Positions 30,001 through 42,931 of a stretch of DNA of 64,000 bases are shown in pieces. Origin of the DNA: the human T2T-CHM13v2.0 reference genome, Homo sapiens; NCBI RefSeq assembly GCF_009914755.1, contig NC_060947.1, one strand, 5' to 3'. The translations under genes and the position numbers were made by a program. Under the pieces are notes generated by a model. The model had not been told where the DNA came from. It saw only the letters and a list, made by a program, of their open reading frames with translations, and did no database searches. The first letter of the stretch is position 1, and each line of letters opens with the position of its first letter.

Positions 30001-30914
30001 TTTCAGAAGTTATTTGGATACACCACAGTAGTTGGTAATAACTTATGTTCTAAATAAGTCTGATTGGCTGAACAATAAAGATATTTTTGTTTTCAAGTTC
30101 AATCTAAACTCAGACATTTCATTGCTATACAATAGACACAAATCTGTATCACAAAGAAACAAAAGCTTTTCAAGACATGTCCTGTTACTTACTTCAAGTA
30201 ACTAGAGTTGAGTAAAGCAAAAAATGATAACTTTGATAGTACCATACTTACCCTAGCCAGAATTAAGTAGGGATGTTGTTTTAATAAAAATGTTCATTTT
30301 ACTTTTTTTATTTAAGCTATTTGCCCTATAGTATATGCAAAGGATACTTTAATAAAATCATTACACCTTATGTAGTAGTTGTTTCTTTTGATCACAATAA
30401 CATGTTCACCCTTTAATATGATCATATTCTTCCTTCTTTCTCACATCTTTGTACTAACTTCTGTTGTCAATTTATTCAGTCTACATAAAATAATCGGTAT
30501 AATAGCAAAATGACATAGTAATATGGTGCTATCTCAAAATTAGTAGTTGCTCCTCAAAAATAAAGGCAGTCTGCTCTACCTTGATGTTTGGATTGCTCAG
30601 CTGTCATAGGAAACCCTTCTGCCTAGACAGCTCCAGTCCCTTGGCATTCTTTCTTAATGATATTTTATTTGAGAAGCTAACAACGACATAAAAGAGTAAT
30701 AATGTGTAGTAGGTTCAATCCCATATTTTTTAATATCTCACTGTTTGAGACATCTTAAAATGCTGGCTTCCTCAAACAGAACCACATTGTTATTTTCCAA
30801 AATTCTATTCCTTCAAGGGATAGAGTTCTTTACTTTTCTTAAATGAAAATGCCCAGAAATGATCAGTTTGAAGCTGTTGGGGCAGAAACTCATCTTCAGG
30901 TCCAAAATCGTTGA

Positions 30915-31310
30915 TGTGTGAGTTAGAATTAATAGACCTAACTGGGAGTCCCAGATCTGCTACTTATTAGCCATGTGAACTGGGATATGCTCATAGCATG
31001 TCTAAGATGGCGTCTTCATTTGTAAAATGAGGATGCTATCATCCATCCTAACTTACAGGAATGTTGGAAATATAGTGTAACTATTTGAAAAACACTTTGA
31101 AAACTCAAGCAGTAAACCAAAGTAATCCTGATACATAGAAATGCATGAACTTTCATAATGGACAGAGTTGGATTTGAATCCTAGATCCAGTAGCTGTGTG
31201 GGCTTAGAAAATACTCTTCCCTTGATTTCCTAACCTGTCAAAGGAGATACTTCTTAGAAGCGTTGTTTAAATAGACGACGTTTATGAAAGTAGTACACTG
31301 ACTGGCATAT
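30915..31310 (+). mobile_element. Two adjacent MIR fragments
   Basis: tacttattagccatgtga...cttcatttgtaaaatgagg and tttgaatcctagatcc..agctgtgtg..cctgtcaaaagg. Confidence 0.65.
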
Positions 31311-31799
31311 ATTATTTTTTTTCTCTCTCCTCTCCCTTACATGCCCTATTTCTGAAGAACATCTCTAGATTCAGAGCAAATAGAGGATTCCATTTAGGAT
31401 CAATGGTAGGTTTCCCTTGCTTGGGACTCTTCAAAAAAGCCCCAAGAACAGTGCTGCAAGGACTACTGTGAAGTCAAAGTGTCAGGCTTCAAATTTTCTT
31501 AGAAAAATCAATTTGAGCCAACCAAAAATGAGGCTGCATTTTGGAAAATTGGCCTTTAATATCTAGAAAGTTCAATACTGCTTTCACCATACTAGATGGG
31601 CTTTTCTTTCAGTAAAGAAAATAAAAGGAGTGAGTTTTACTACTTTTGACTAGGTGACTTTATGTGTATAAGAACGGTTTCATCCTTTTCTAGGTCCAAC
31701 AGAAAGTTTCACCTTAAAAATCACAGATAAAACCACTTTTTTCTTCTTTGGTCTATTCCTCCAAATAATTCCAGGTGTGATCTACAGGACCTTTTGTTG

Positions 31800-32420
31800 T
31801 ATATGGAGTCAAGGGGGCAAGAGAATTGTTGGTGATCTTCAGGAGCAAATTCCACTTTCTAATCTCCAGTATCTTTTTCCAATGTTGAAAGCACAGCTAC
31901 CAAACATTTTCAAATACCCTTCTGGTTTTGCTTTGCCATTTTTGTTTTCAGTAATGTTTGCTTTTCTCAGTGTTGTCTGTATATTCAGCCTCTGAGGACT
32001 AATGTCACTTGTCCAGTAACCTAACAATGATGTTAAACTCAATGTTCTCATAATGAGACATTACTCATCCTTGGGATATTTACAGTAATACAATGCACTG
32101 GATAATATGGAATGTGATCTACTGTTCCACTGGAATACCAATGTTGCGCATCATTAATAAATGCACAGTTTCTATTATATGTGAGGCTTTCAATTAGCAT
32201 ACATATTTTTGTCATCATATATCAAACCAGCTGACTTCTTCTCATCTTGTTATTTTTGCTGACTTGAAAAGCTGAATTCTTATTGTAGCAGTGTATATTA
32301 AAGTCTGAACTTTGAAAACCACTCCAAATGATTTTCAGTATTGAAATGGAAATTCGATTTTTTCCAAGCTTTCTAAATGAAGCAACATGATGTTTTTCTT
32401 CTTTCAATCATTTCTATGGT
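31800..32420 (-). mobile_element. Possible very old non-L1 LINE reverse-transcriptase relic
   Basis: Degenerate RT-like motifs in order on minus strand: SGFQSS, FNIH, YDD-TKI (frameshifted), LGYWTSDIS...RKAN. Confidence 0.35.
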
Positions 32421-32477
32421 ACCTTTGCAAAAAGACCATATGCTGTTAACCTAAACCTGGTGTATTTAGATTACAAT

Positions 32478-32645
32478 GCATTTTGCAAAGTATGGCCCAC
32501 AGAGTGCCTGCTTGGGATCCAGTTAAAAAATGCATATTCTTGGGCCCCACTGCAGATCTACTGAGTCAAAATGTGAGGGTGAGGCCTGGAAATTTTTCTT
32601 TTAACAATATTCTAGGTAATGTATTCTAAAATTACAGGATCACTG
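32478..32645. mobile_element. MER5-like hAT-Charlie element
   Basis: aaatgcatattcttgggccccactgcagatctactgagtcaaaa...gaggcctggaaa...ttttaacaa. Confidence 0.8.
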
Positions 32646-33069
32646 ATTTGGTGTTGAGAGAGTTGACACTCTTCCATTTCTCATTTCTTTGCCTCTATAA
32701 GAACCTTTATCATCCTCATAATCTTAATCCTTTCTAAGTAACATGCTGTCCCATTGACTATTTAAAGATACCTAAGTGTTCCATTTAGGACACAGGACTG
32801 GAAATAAGAAGATTCTAGTCCTCATTTTGCCATTTATTTTCCATGTGACATTGGACAAGACTTAATATTTCTGAGCTTTATTTTCACCAACAGCAAAATG
32901 GTGAAAAGTAGGAAAGAAGGGAGAGGAAACAAGATGGTTAGATACATTAATGTCTAAGATTTTGTCTGGATCCAACATTTTATAATTTCATGAATGTTTC
33001 AGCTGCTAGAAAGAGAGTAGGAGAGGGAAAAAGAGGACAGTAAGATAAGCTGCAGAAGTCACTAGGTTT

Positions 33070-33295
33070 GGAGGAATGGAATGAGCATGGGTTCTAGAAT
33101 CAGACACATTAGGGTTTAGACCATAGCTCTGATATACTAATTATGTCATCTTGAGCAAATTATACCATGCTTTGAGCTTTAATTTCTTTGTTTATTAACA
33201 TGGGGATAACATATATTCTCACAGAGTTCACGTTATGATTAAAAGAGATAGTACACTATGTACAATAGTACCCAGCAACAGGTGCTCAGTAAGTT
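33070..33295 (+). mobile_element. MIR SINE
   Basis: gagcatgggttctagaatcagac, cttgagcaaatta, atggggataac, aggtgctcagtaa. Confidence 0.75.
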
Positions 33296-33304
33296 AATGG
33301 ATAT

Positions 33305-33425
33305 GATGAAGAAGAGAAGGAATAAGAGGATGAGGATGAGGAGAAGGAGGGAGAGGCAGAAGAGAAGGAGGACGAAAAGGAGGAAGATGTGGAGGAGGAC
33401 AAGGAGGAGGAGGATAAGGGAGGAA
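33305..33425. repeat. GA-rich (GAG-like) low-complexity tract
   Basis: Almost purine-only plus strand; explains three spurious ORFs at 33239-33614. Confidence 0.9.
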
Positions 33426-33464
33426 ACATTAAGGAATGAGACAAAATGGTGGGCATTTGGTACC

Positions 33465-34420
33465 TCAGATTTATTTGAAAACAAATATCTGTTGGGAATC
33501 TATGATGAGCCAAGTACTATTCCAGGCAATGGCTATACAGTGGTGGTCAAAATAGATATTTTCTACTTTTGTGGAGCTTATTTTCTGATGTGTATGTGTA
33601 TGTGTAGGGGGTGATGGTATGGCAGAGAATAATAAATGAATATGGGATATTTTCAGTGGTAATAATGGCTCTGAAGAAAATTAAAGTAGGGTGAGAGGGA
33701 TGCAGAGTAATGAAAGGTGGGTAGTTGCTATTTTATATTGGGTGATCAGGGAAAGCCTCTCTAATAATTTATCAATTGAACAAAGACTCAAAGGAAGTGT
33801 GAGAACTTCACAGCTATTTGGAGGGAGGCAGGCAGAAAGAATACCAAGAAGAAATGTTCTAAAACAGGAGCATTATGAGAATACTGAAGAAAAAAAAGGA
33901 GGCCAGAATTCTGCATATGTAGCTGGAGCAGCATGAAAGAGAGGAAGAAAGGTTAGTAGGAGATGGTGTGAGAGAGGTCACAGAGGTGGGAGAAGCAGAT
34001 TGGGTAGGGCCCTGTAGATTATAGTGAGGAAGTCACCTTTAACTCTGAGTGAAGTGGGAAGACCATGGAAGCTTGTGAGCAGAGGAATGACAGGACCTGA
34101 TTTACAAAGGATTACTCTTGTTGTTCTGCTGAGAATAGACTCTAGGGGGAAAAGATGGAAACAGGGAGACCAATTAACAGGCTATTGCAATAATACAGGT
34201 GAGAGGTGATGGTGGCCTGGGACCAGGACAGGAGCAGTGTAGCTGGTGAGAAATGGTCAGATTCTGGATATATTTGAGAATGGAGCCAATTAGATTTGCT
34301 GATGGACTAGATGTAGATATGCAAGATAATGATGATCCCAAGGTTTTGGGTCTGAGTAACTAGAAGAACAAAGTTGCATTTAGTGAGATGGGGAAGACTA
34401 AAAGAGTGGCAAGTATAAGG
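33465..34420 (-). mobile_element. L2a LINE 3' portion
   Basis: aaatatctgttgggaatctatgatgagccaagtact, gatcagggaaagcctctct, gagaaatggtcagattctggatatattt, tgagatggggaagact. Confidence 0.9.
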
Positions 34421-35798
34421 AGGATAAGTTACATGTGTAAATCGATTGCTACAGTAAGGAGTCAGCCGACTAACATTTAGTGGGCACTCCTGTGTGAGAA
34501 GCCCAATAACAGGTGCGCTGAGATTTTATTAGTAAAGTGCTCTTGTTAGTATTATAAGGAAACCAGAGAACATTGTCTTTAGTTTTAGTCGAGTGCTTGT
34601 AAAATTATTTTGGGAATAAGCTGCAGTCTTCCTAATGCGTGGGAAGTCCACATCAGAGTTAATATACATCAGTTTTCAGCTTTCCAAAGCCATGTTCATT
34701 ATCTCTGAACTTCAGCTTTAGCCAAATCAAATAAAAACTAGTACAAGTTGAGGGGCTGCAACTTTGCTATTTGCTTACTCAGAGTGATGCCTTACCATCG
34801 CTCCAATAACTGCCTTAATTGTTTTCTGGAAATAATGCTACCCCATCTGGTGGGATGTTTCTGAAGCATTAAGTGCTCCAAGGAAAAGAGCTTCTTTGCT
34901 TTACAGTAAGCGCGCTGCTGTCAGGAGCCTCACTGGCTGTTTTGTACTTCAGTTTGTGCTGCTTCCCAAGAGCTGAATGGAACTCTATTTTGTCATTTAA
35001 ATCTAAAGAAGGCATTTGCACACTGATGATGTTATCTGAAGTTCTAATTTGTGCAAACATTGATCTGCTTTGAGCAGAAGAGAAATCTCCATTCAGACAG
35101 CAAGAACTGAGCTCAGATTAATAGTCAGGGGAAAGAACTGAAGCACCAGGAAGAGTAAGCTTTTTTTTTTTTTTCATTTTAGGATGCTTTATCAGATTTT
35201 CTTTCCAGATTTATTTCTGCTCCAACAAAGAATATTCTTTTTGAGCTAAATCTAATTTGTGTATAAAAAATACACACCCATATTGATTTCACTCTGGTTT
35301 AAAATGGTATTTTTGCAGCGCAAAAATCTAATCAATACAATCTTATGAGTTGGACTGGTAATGGTAAACATACTAACAGATATTTCATTTCATGGGGCCA
35401 AAGCTCTGGAAATTGATACCACTGAAAAGGATTACTCATTCACCATTGGGTATAACTTTGTTTACCCAACCATGATATAGGTGTAAAGCAGAAATACAAT
35501 TATGCTGTGGCCAACACACAGGGGGTTTTTGAATAGTAGAACTTGCCTTCCCCATTTCCCCTAAGGGCCATAGATCGTACAAGTTGGCAGATCAAATAAG
35601 GATATTGTGGGAAATCGTTTACTATAAATGAAAAAAAGTTTAATCTGATAGGGTAGAAAATTAGACTGACATAGTCGCTGAAGAAAAAAAGTCTCCCAAG
35701 CCAAGATCAACTTTTTAAAAATTCAGCTTTTAGAGGAGATGGATTTGTAGATCCTTGAACCCATGCTGCTTTTTTTTTTCCTCACACATGTATCTAAA

Positions 35799-35854
35799 GC
35801 CTTTGGTTTTGAGCGAGACATGCTACGCCTTTGGTTTTGAGCAAGACATGCTAC
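35799..35854. repeat. 28-bp tandem duplication (2 copies, 1 mismatch)
   Basis: gcctttggttttgagc(g/a)agacatgctac twice. Confidence 0.95.
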
Positions 35855-37204
35855 AAGTGAAATTGTAAGACAGTAGTTGCCAGGGATTCAAATTGCAGCC
35901 AACAAGCCTTTTAACATGCTTAATCAAAACTGTAGCAATACCAAAGGAACTGTGTTTCACCATTTCTAGTGGGCTTAAGTGTGAGGAACTGAAATTAATC
36001 AAAAGATATAACCTGGACTTACCTCTGCCTCATGCTCACATAACTCTTGGTTGCCCCCACTGGAGTAAAATGTAGTGAAAACCTACAGTGCAGGAGCATA
36101 CAAAGGGTTGAGACTAGAAGAAATAATTCAGCTAGAGTACAGAAAAAAGCACCATTGTCCCTAAATATTATGACCCTGGAATATAAGATTGATGCCTAAA
36201 GCCAAGGAGGCATGAATCTAAGGAAAACAGATGGCTATTGCTGTTAATGTACAGTCACCATAGGAGGTGGATACTAAAAATTCAGATATAGATTTTATGC
36301 TGGAATCAGCCAAGGGCAGTCTGGGCAATAACGATAATGCCTGTGAGTACCATGTTGTGATCGCTGTGGGTGACCAGAAGACAATAATTGATATTTCCTA
36401 TAATCAATTTATAAGGGGGCCTTTCTCACAATAGCTCATAGTGCTTTCTAATTCACTAGCCTAGGTTGACATAGGCACAAAATCACTCCATTAGACGGAG
36501 AGGAGATAGGTAACTATTTTCATTTTGATAATTGGAAAACAGAGGCCCAGGCTAATTTGTCCAAAATCCTATAGCAATTTGGCTGTATTTCTTTGAACCC
36601 CTTCAGAAAGCTGACAATATATCAACTCAAAATATTATCAGATTCTGTTTATAGTGCAATAATAGGAAGTAATTCTTCCATGCAATACGTATTTATACAG
36701 CTTAGACAGTAGATGTTCAGTCTTTACCTTTGAACATACGAAGTCACTAAAGGAGGAACATAAGTTTTAAATATTCAAATTTCACTGCCTTTGGAATCTA
36801 TTTTTCAGTAAATAAGTGTCATAATACAGAAAAGCTATGAATTCTACCTTAGTCTTCTGGTCTTTAACAAGTTTGCAAAGTGTATTGTCAACTCAACTCT
36901 TTGATTACAATAAGTATTGTACTTCTTCCTACTACTAAGCATGTGTAATCAAATATCAACAGGAAATGTTATTTCTTGGTGGGTCCTTATTAAAATGAAT
37001 CAGTGAGATTTAGGTATAAACAGTGGCCTGAATAAGGGATGATACCTCCCTCCTTCATTCACACAAGATCTTTTCTGCCAGGGAGGTATTTAGATCTTTG
37101 TCCTCCCCTTCGTAGAAACTTTGAGGGTTATACTGGTTTGTAAACATCTATATTGATTATAGTTTCTAAAATGATATTATAATTAATTATTCTTTAATAT
37201 CTAA

Positions 37205-37385
37205 TAAATCACTTTATCTCCCAAACATGCTAGGAAGCATGCGACTTCCTTATTTATGCTTTATAGAGTAGGAAACTGAGGCTCAAAGAAATGAGGGATT
37301 TGACTAAAGTCACGGGTTACTCAGTAGCAGTGCTGGAACTAGATCTAGGACTCTTGACTCTTAGCTTCAGACTCTTTCCACTACA
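37205..37385 (-). mobile_element. MIR SINE
   Basis: aggaaactgaggctcaaaga...gactaaagtcac...ggaactagatctagg...ctctttccactaca. Confidence 0.85.
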
Positions 37386-37413
37386 GCAGTGGCTTGATGG
37401 GACACTTGGACTA

Positions 37414-37779
37414 GTCAGTATAGGTTAGATTAGGTTGCAGATGACCCACCTCCCCACAAGATAATAGTGGGTGGAAACAACAGATGCTTATTTTTCATTC
37501 ATGCTACATGTGCAATGCAGTTCAGAAGGTGGTGCTCTGAACACAACTTAGGACACTGTCATCTCAGCATGAAGCTTTTAGGGCCTTCCAAGGCAGGCTA
37601 AAAGAAAATGGAGATTTGTGCAATGGCTCTTAAAAGCTTCCACTCAGAAATGCTACACATACCATCTGCTCACATTTCATAGGCCAGAGCAAGTCACGTG
37701 ATGATGCCTAACTGAAATGGCACTGTGCCCCAAAGGATAAAACAATTGGGATCTTGGTGAACACTAATATGTCTACCAG
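37414..37779 (-). mobile_element. MLT1J/K-like old MaLR LTR
   Basis: tgctcacatttcataggccagagcaagtcacgtg, cttatttttcattcatgctacatgt. Confidence 0.7.
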
Positions 37780-38580
37780 AATACTTTCCATTCAAATGAA
37801 GTCTTAATCAGAACCCCACTATATAAAATAGATATAAAGTAGGGAGATCCAAACCTACTTAACTTACTCCTTGTTTCTTTGGAAGCTCCTAAGGTACTTT
37901 TAAAGAACATCAGGATTCAGTGAACCCAATTCAAAATCAGCTGCCTCCAATATACAAAGAAAGCCAGCACACCAAATAAGTATCTTTATAGTAAAGATAA
38001 GAAGACCAATAATGTTTTTCAGGATCATGAGATAAAATAGAAGCTAAAGTGGGAACAGATCACAGAATGATCCATTCTTTATCTCTTGTTCTACTCACTA
38101 GACTTTGGTTCTCCCACTGTGATACAGAAAATCTTCAAGAATATTGTGACTTTTCATGTCACAATGTATTAGGTGCACATAATGCTACCCATAACGAATG
38201 CTAAGTCTCAAGTGCACAGCATGGTTCAGAAACTAATTTCTAAAGGAGGCACACAGTTTTAGATTCATTTTGAACTCCACAGCTGCCTCTTAGTACTAAG
38301 CAACTTGACTTGCATGCAAGAGTAAATGTTTTAATATAATATGCCTGTACATTTTCAGCCTTGCTGAATTTTAAAATATGATTTTTTCAGAAAACAAAAA
38401 TTATTTTATTGGATTGTGGCTGGAAGGAAAATGATCCTTTTAAAGATGAGGAAGGTAATTCAGTATCACTAGTTTTTACGAAGAACATTTTCAATCAAGA
38501 CAGAAAAATAAAAATATATGTGTATTTCAGGGATGCTTGTTTAGGCATAGAATAAATATGGTTAGAACAATGATTTCAAG

Positions 38581-38628
38581 GTGTGTGTGTCTGTGTGTGT
38601 GTGTACATGCATACATATGTGTGTGTGC
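38581..38628. repeat. (TG)n microsatellite, interrupted
   Basis: Seen directly. Confidence 0.85.
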
Positions 38629-39155
38629 TAGGGGACACATCAAAACCACTGGGGTGGCGGGGAGCTTTTCAAACTACACATACTCCACTACCCTCATTCT
38701 GATAACTCACCCCAAACTGAGAATCTGTACTTTAAAAAGTCACCATTACTTTTTATGAAAGGAGTAGCCTGTCATAGCCCTGAGGTGAGTTGGGTAGAAT
38801 AAAAATGTTGAAATCTACTAGGTTGGAACAGTGTTCTGTACTATAAACATCTGTGGCAACATTTTTTTCTAAGAATTAAACCTAGAATTCTCCTTCCAGC
38901 AGTGTCACCCATCCCAAACTATGTTGATAACAAGCAAGCCATTTTTTTACCCAACAACAAATTCCCAAAAGAGAAGAGATTTCTTGTGCTATGCGTTTAA
39001 AATGACAACAGATCACATAACTACACAGAATAAAGATATTTTTGTTCCAGGCCTCCACATTGGGTAGGCAGAGGGGAGAGGAGAACCTATTAACCTGAAT
39101 GACCTCCTTCTTTTCCTTGCTTTCTCCCTCCCTCCCTTCCTCCTTTTCTCCCAAC

Positions 39156-39228
39156 TATCTATCTATCTATATCATCTATCTATCATTGATCATCTATCTA
39201 TCATTGATCATCTATCTATCATCATCTA
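39156..39228. repeat. (ATCT)n compound tetranucleotide repeat
   Basis: ctatctatctatct... with two atcattgatc interruptions. Confidence 0.9.
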
Positions 39229-40978
39229 CCAAAGCACACTCCCACATCAATTTCATGTTCACATGTGAATGCAAAGACTTTTCACATATAAGTATGCTGC
39301 TGATCATCCAGCAGATTAGTGAATCAATTTACCAGTCCTGCAATCTATTTTCTTCCCAGAGCTGGAAAGAAAATAAAATCCACATTAATTCCATCCTATG
39401 GATGGAACGTTACCTTTCATTGCCTTCTACAATGTGTAAAGTTCAGTGAAGGCCCTACCTCAAAGTTTCATTTTGGTGGTGAGAGGTACTATTTGAAATA
39501 AGGTTGCTATAGAAAGATGCTTCCTTCTGAGATGATGAACAACTGACATTTGTATAGAACTTTACCTTTTACAAAGCATTTTCTGATTAATTATCATAAT
39601 GTCTCAAGTCATGTACATCAGCTTAAACTTCCCCTGTTTTCCAGGCCTGAGGCATTATGAGGAAAAAATAGAAATGACCCGGATAAGAAGTGAGGTTGTG
39701 AAAATCCAGGAAAGGGACAACTGCTGATCGCATTGTGTTTGGTTTTAATGTATATGTAAACCAAAATTATTCTGAATACAAAAAAAAAAGGAAGAACAGA
39801 ATGGTTCCTCAAGTTCTCTTATATCAGCAAACTATTTAAAAAATCATGTCTTTGAAAATTTAGATAGAACCCAGGGACAAAATGAAGAGACAGTGGCAAA
39901 TGGGAGATCCAACTATCATATGGGTCAGGAGGTTATAAAGTATTTCATTCTTCAAATTATTCTGGTGTCCTCTAAATATGTCCACCTCACCCTTTATTTC
40001 ATTTCTTTCACTGCTTGGTAATATCTCATTTGATAATATCATGGGAATCTTTTCCTCAATGTTTTTTTCTACAGCTCTAGGTAGTTTTGACTTAAGTTAA
40101 AGATACTGAAAACTGTAAGAGAGTATATTATTTCTGACCCTAGCGTTGCCCTTAAATCTGTCAACTAGGGTCTATTTTGACCTATTTTAAATGGCATCAT
40201 CTGGTCTTCCTTCAGCTACCCTCCTCTTTTGGGGTGAAAAGTCTACTGGGCCAATGGTATAAGCTTATCTGGAGTTTGCACTCCTGATCCCCAATAAGAC
40301 TACTCCGTGGGAAGCTGGGTGCCTAGAATGCCCTGTCTACATGGCCCTAAGCCTACTTTCAGGGCCTATGGAGGACTCTGGCAAGTTTGGACTATGTTGC
40401 CGATATATGCGCCCCAAGGCTTGAAGGATAGCTAAAGGACAACTGTTTTCTGGGGGGGTTGGGGTGGTGGCGTGGTATGTCAATAGAGTTTGGCTGGTAT
40501 GGCTGAGTCCATGTATATGAAGCCTCTCATAATATGGAACAGAGTCAGGGCTGGGAGGAGAAAGGGGTTAGAACATAGGCAGAAGGTCTCTATTTGTATT
40601 TTTGCTCTATGTTCCACAAACGTTAAGGATGGCCCTATCTGTACCAATTATATTTGAAAAGAATGCAGCTTTACGTAAAATTCTCTCCTGATATCCCCCT
40701 ATATGAAATCTCAAAGTAATCTAGAAAATTGGTCATGGTATAGATCATTGCACCTAAGAAGTTAATACATCTACCTCCCAGGAAGCTCCATGCTATGCTC
40801 ACTGGCTTATGAAAACAATCTTCTATTCTCCTATTTCTGGGTCATGCATGTAAAATAAGACTAGACTAAAATGGGGTGGCTGTCCATGGGATGGGAGATA
40901 GGAGGAGAGGAGCCAGGGTTTATTCAAGCTAGAAGTGGGGTTACCCAGACAACATTTTAGAAGTACTGAGTGGTAACA

Positions 40979-41276
<298 letters not shown>

Positions 41277-41729
41277 GCAGCATTAAGTGGTAACTAGAAG
41301 GCAGAGCCAAGGATAGAGACCAGGAGGAATTGATCATGCTTCAAGAGCTAGGAACATGCCCAAGATTTAGTATCAGGCCAGTAACTATAAACTACCCAAT
41401 ATTATGCCTAGAAGCCATCTTCTCAACAGCATTCTTAATTCCTGTTTTTCCCACAAATGGAAGAAGACGGCAAAGTGTTTTGATGATAACACAAAGAATT
41501 TACGCTTACTTTTTAAAAAAATATGTAACCTTGGATGTAGAATGACAGGCAAAGTAGCTAAGTAAATGTTGGTTGAAGTAGCATTTCATGTCTACATCAC
41601 AGGTGTTCCTGTATGAAAGTGTCTTGGCTTCAAACCCTGAGTTAAAAGACTTAAAATTCAAACACATTTATTGACACTCAAGCATGGTCCCAGTAATTAA
41701 ACAGTCTGTGGAGGGCGAACTGTACTACC

Positions 41730-41930
41730 AATTCAAGAAACTTAGTATTTACTCTGGGTGCTTCATGACTGGGGAAATTTGAGCAAATCACTTATCTTCT
41801 CTGTGCCTTAGTTTCCTGATCTGTCAATTGTGAACAATCATTTCCTCACAGGTTGTTGTACCAAATATAATAACAATTGGCAAAGAGCATTGAAAAGTAC
41901 AATGCCATACAAAAGTAAGGTTCCGTTATT
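41730..41930 (+). mobile_element. MIR SINE
   Basis: ttgagcaaatcacttatcttctctgtgccttagtttcctgatctgt core. Confidence 0.8.
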
Positions 41931-42747
41931 TTTAGATGAAACATCTTACAAAAAGTAACAATTTATCCAAAACATCTTACAAAATCTAACAATTTCTAGA
42001 GAGTAACCTGGAAAAAGAATGATAATGCATGAATTACCTAAGCTTTTGTCCTTTTTCCTCTCTTTCTGTCTTGGTTTTTAGTAGTGAGATATATATATAC
42101 TTCTATCACAGCTACTTGATGACTTTTGGATATAGGTTAACTTCTATGAAGTCTCGGTCACAGAGAAAATATTTTTATTGAGCATCTACTAGAGCCCTGT
42201 AATAAGTATTTTTACATGTTATGTCATTTCATCCTCAATCAAGTTGGTATTATTATGTTTCTTTAGGGATGAGGACATAAACACTTTTTTGCAGTGATAA
42301 GCTGTAAACACTCAGATCTGAACCAGCCACTGGTGGGGTCACACACACACACAAAAACTGTTTCAATGGAAATTACTTAAAGTATTCTTTAATCCTTGTC
42401 ACTATGATAAGGAAAGAAATTAAACTGTCTTTGGTGTGACTTGCCAGACTTTGGTCATGTCTAAATGTTGCCTGCATGGCGCTACCAGCTCAGTTATTAT
42501 ATTGGATATCTGAATGGATAAATTGGCCACATATCTATTCTAATTGATACCACAGCAACTGGCTATTAATATGACCAAAAAGCCCCAAATCGACCACAAA
42601 ATGGTCATTTTCAGGCGATGCCTGGACTTCTTATATGAAGAAGATGCTGAACATCTCTTTTCTGCGTTCTGAGAAGACTGAACAAAAGTTGATAGCCTCA
42701 AATTAAACTATATAAAATACTAATTAACTATCAGGAAGAGTAGAGAC

Positions 42748-42931
42748 AGTGTTCTCAATGTGTTGTCCTTGTAATACCTGCATTACAATCACCTGGGTAG
42801 CTTGTTAAACATGCTGCTCTCTGATCCTCATTCCAGACTCCCTGTATTAGGCTTTCTGTGGGGAGGGTGGTGGCAGAAATCTGCATATGCAACAGGCACT
42901 CAGTTATGTCTACGAATTTAAGAAACACTGC
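42748..42931. mobile_element. MER5-like hAT-Charlie element
   Basis: Terminal inverted repeats cagtgttct / agaaacactg; aatcacctgggtagcttgttaaa. Confidence 0.85.

Noticed and set aside
33239-33614. Arg-rich, Ser-rich and Leu-rich ORFs
   Set aside because: All three derive from one GA-rich simple repeat.
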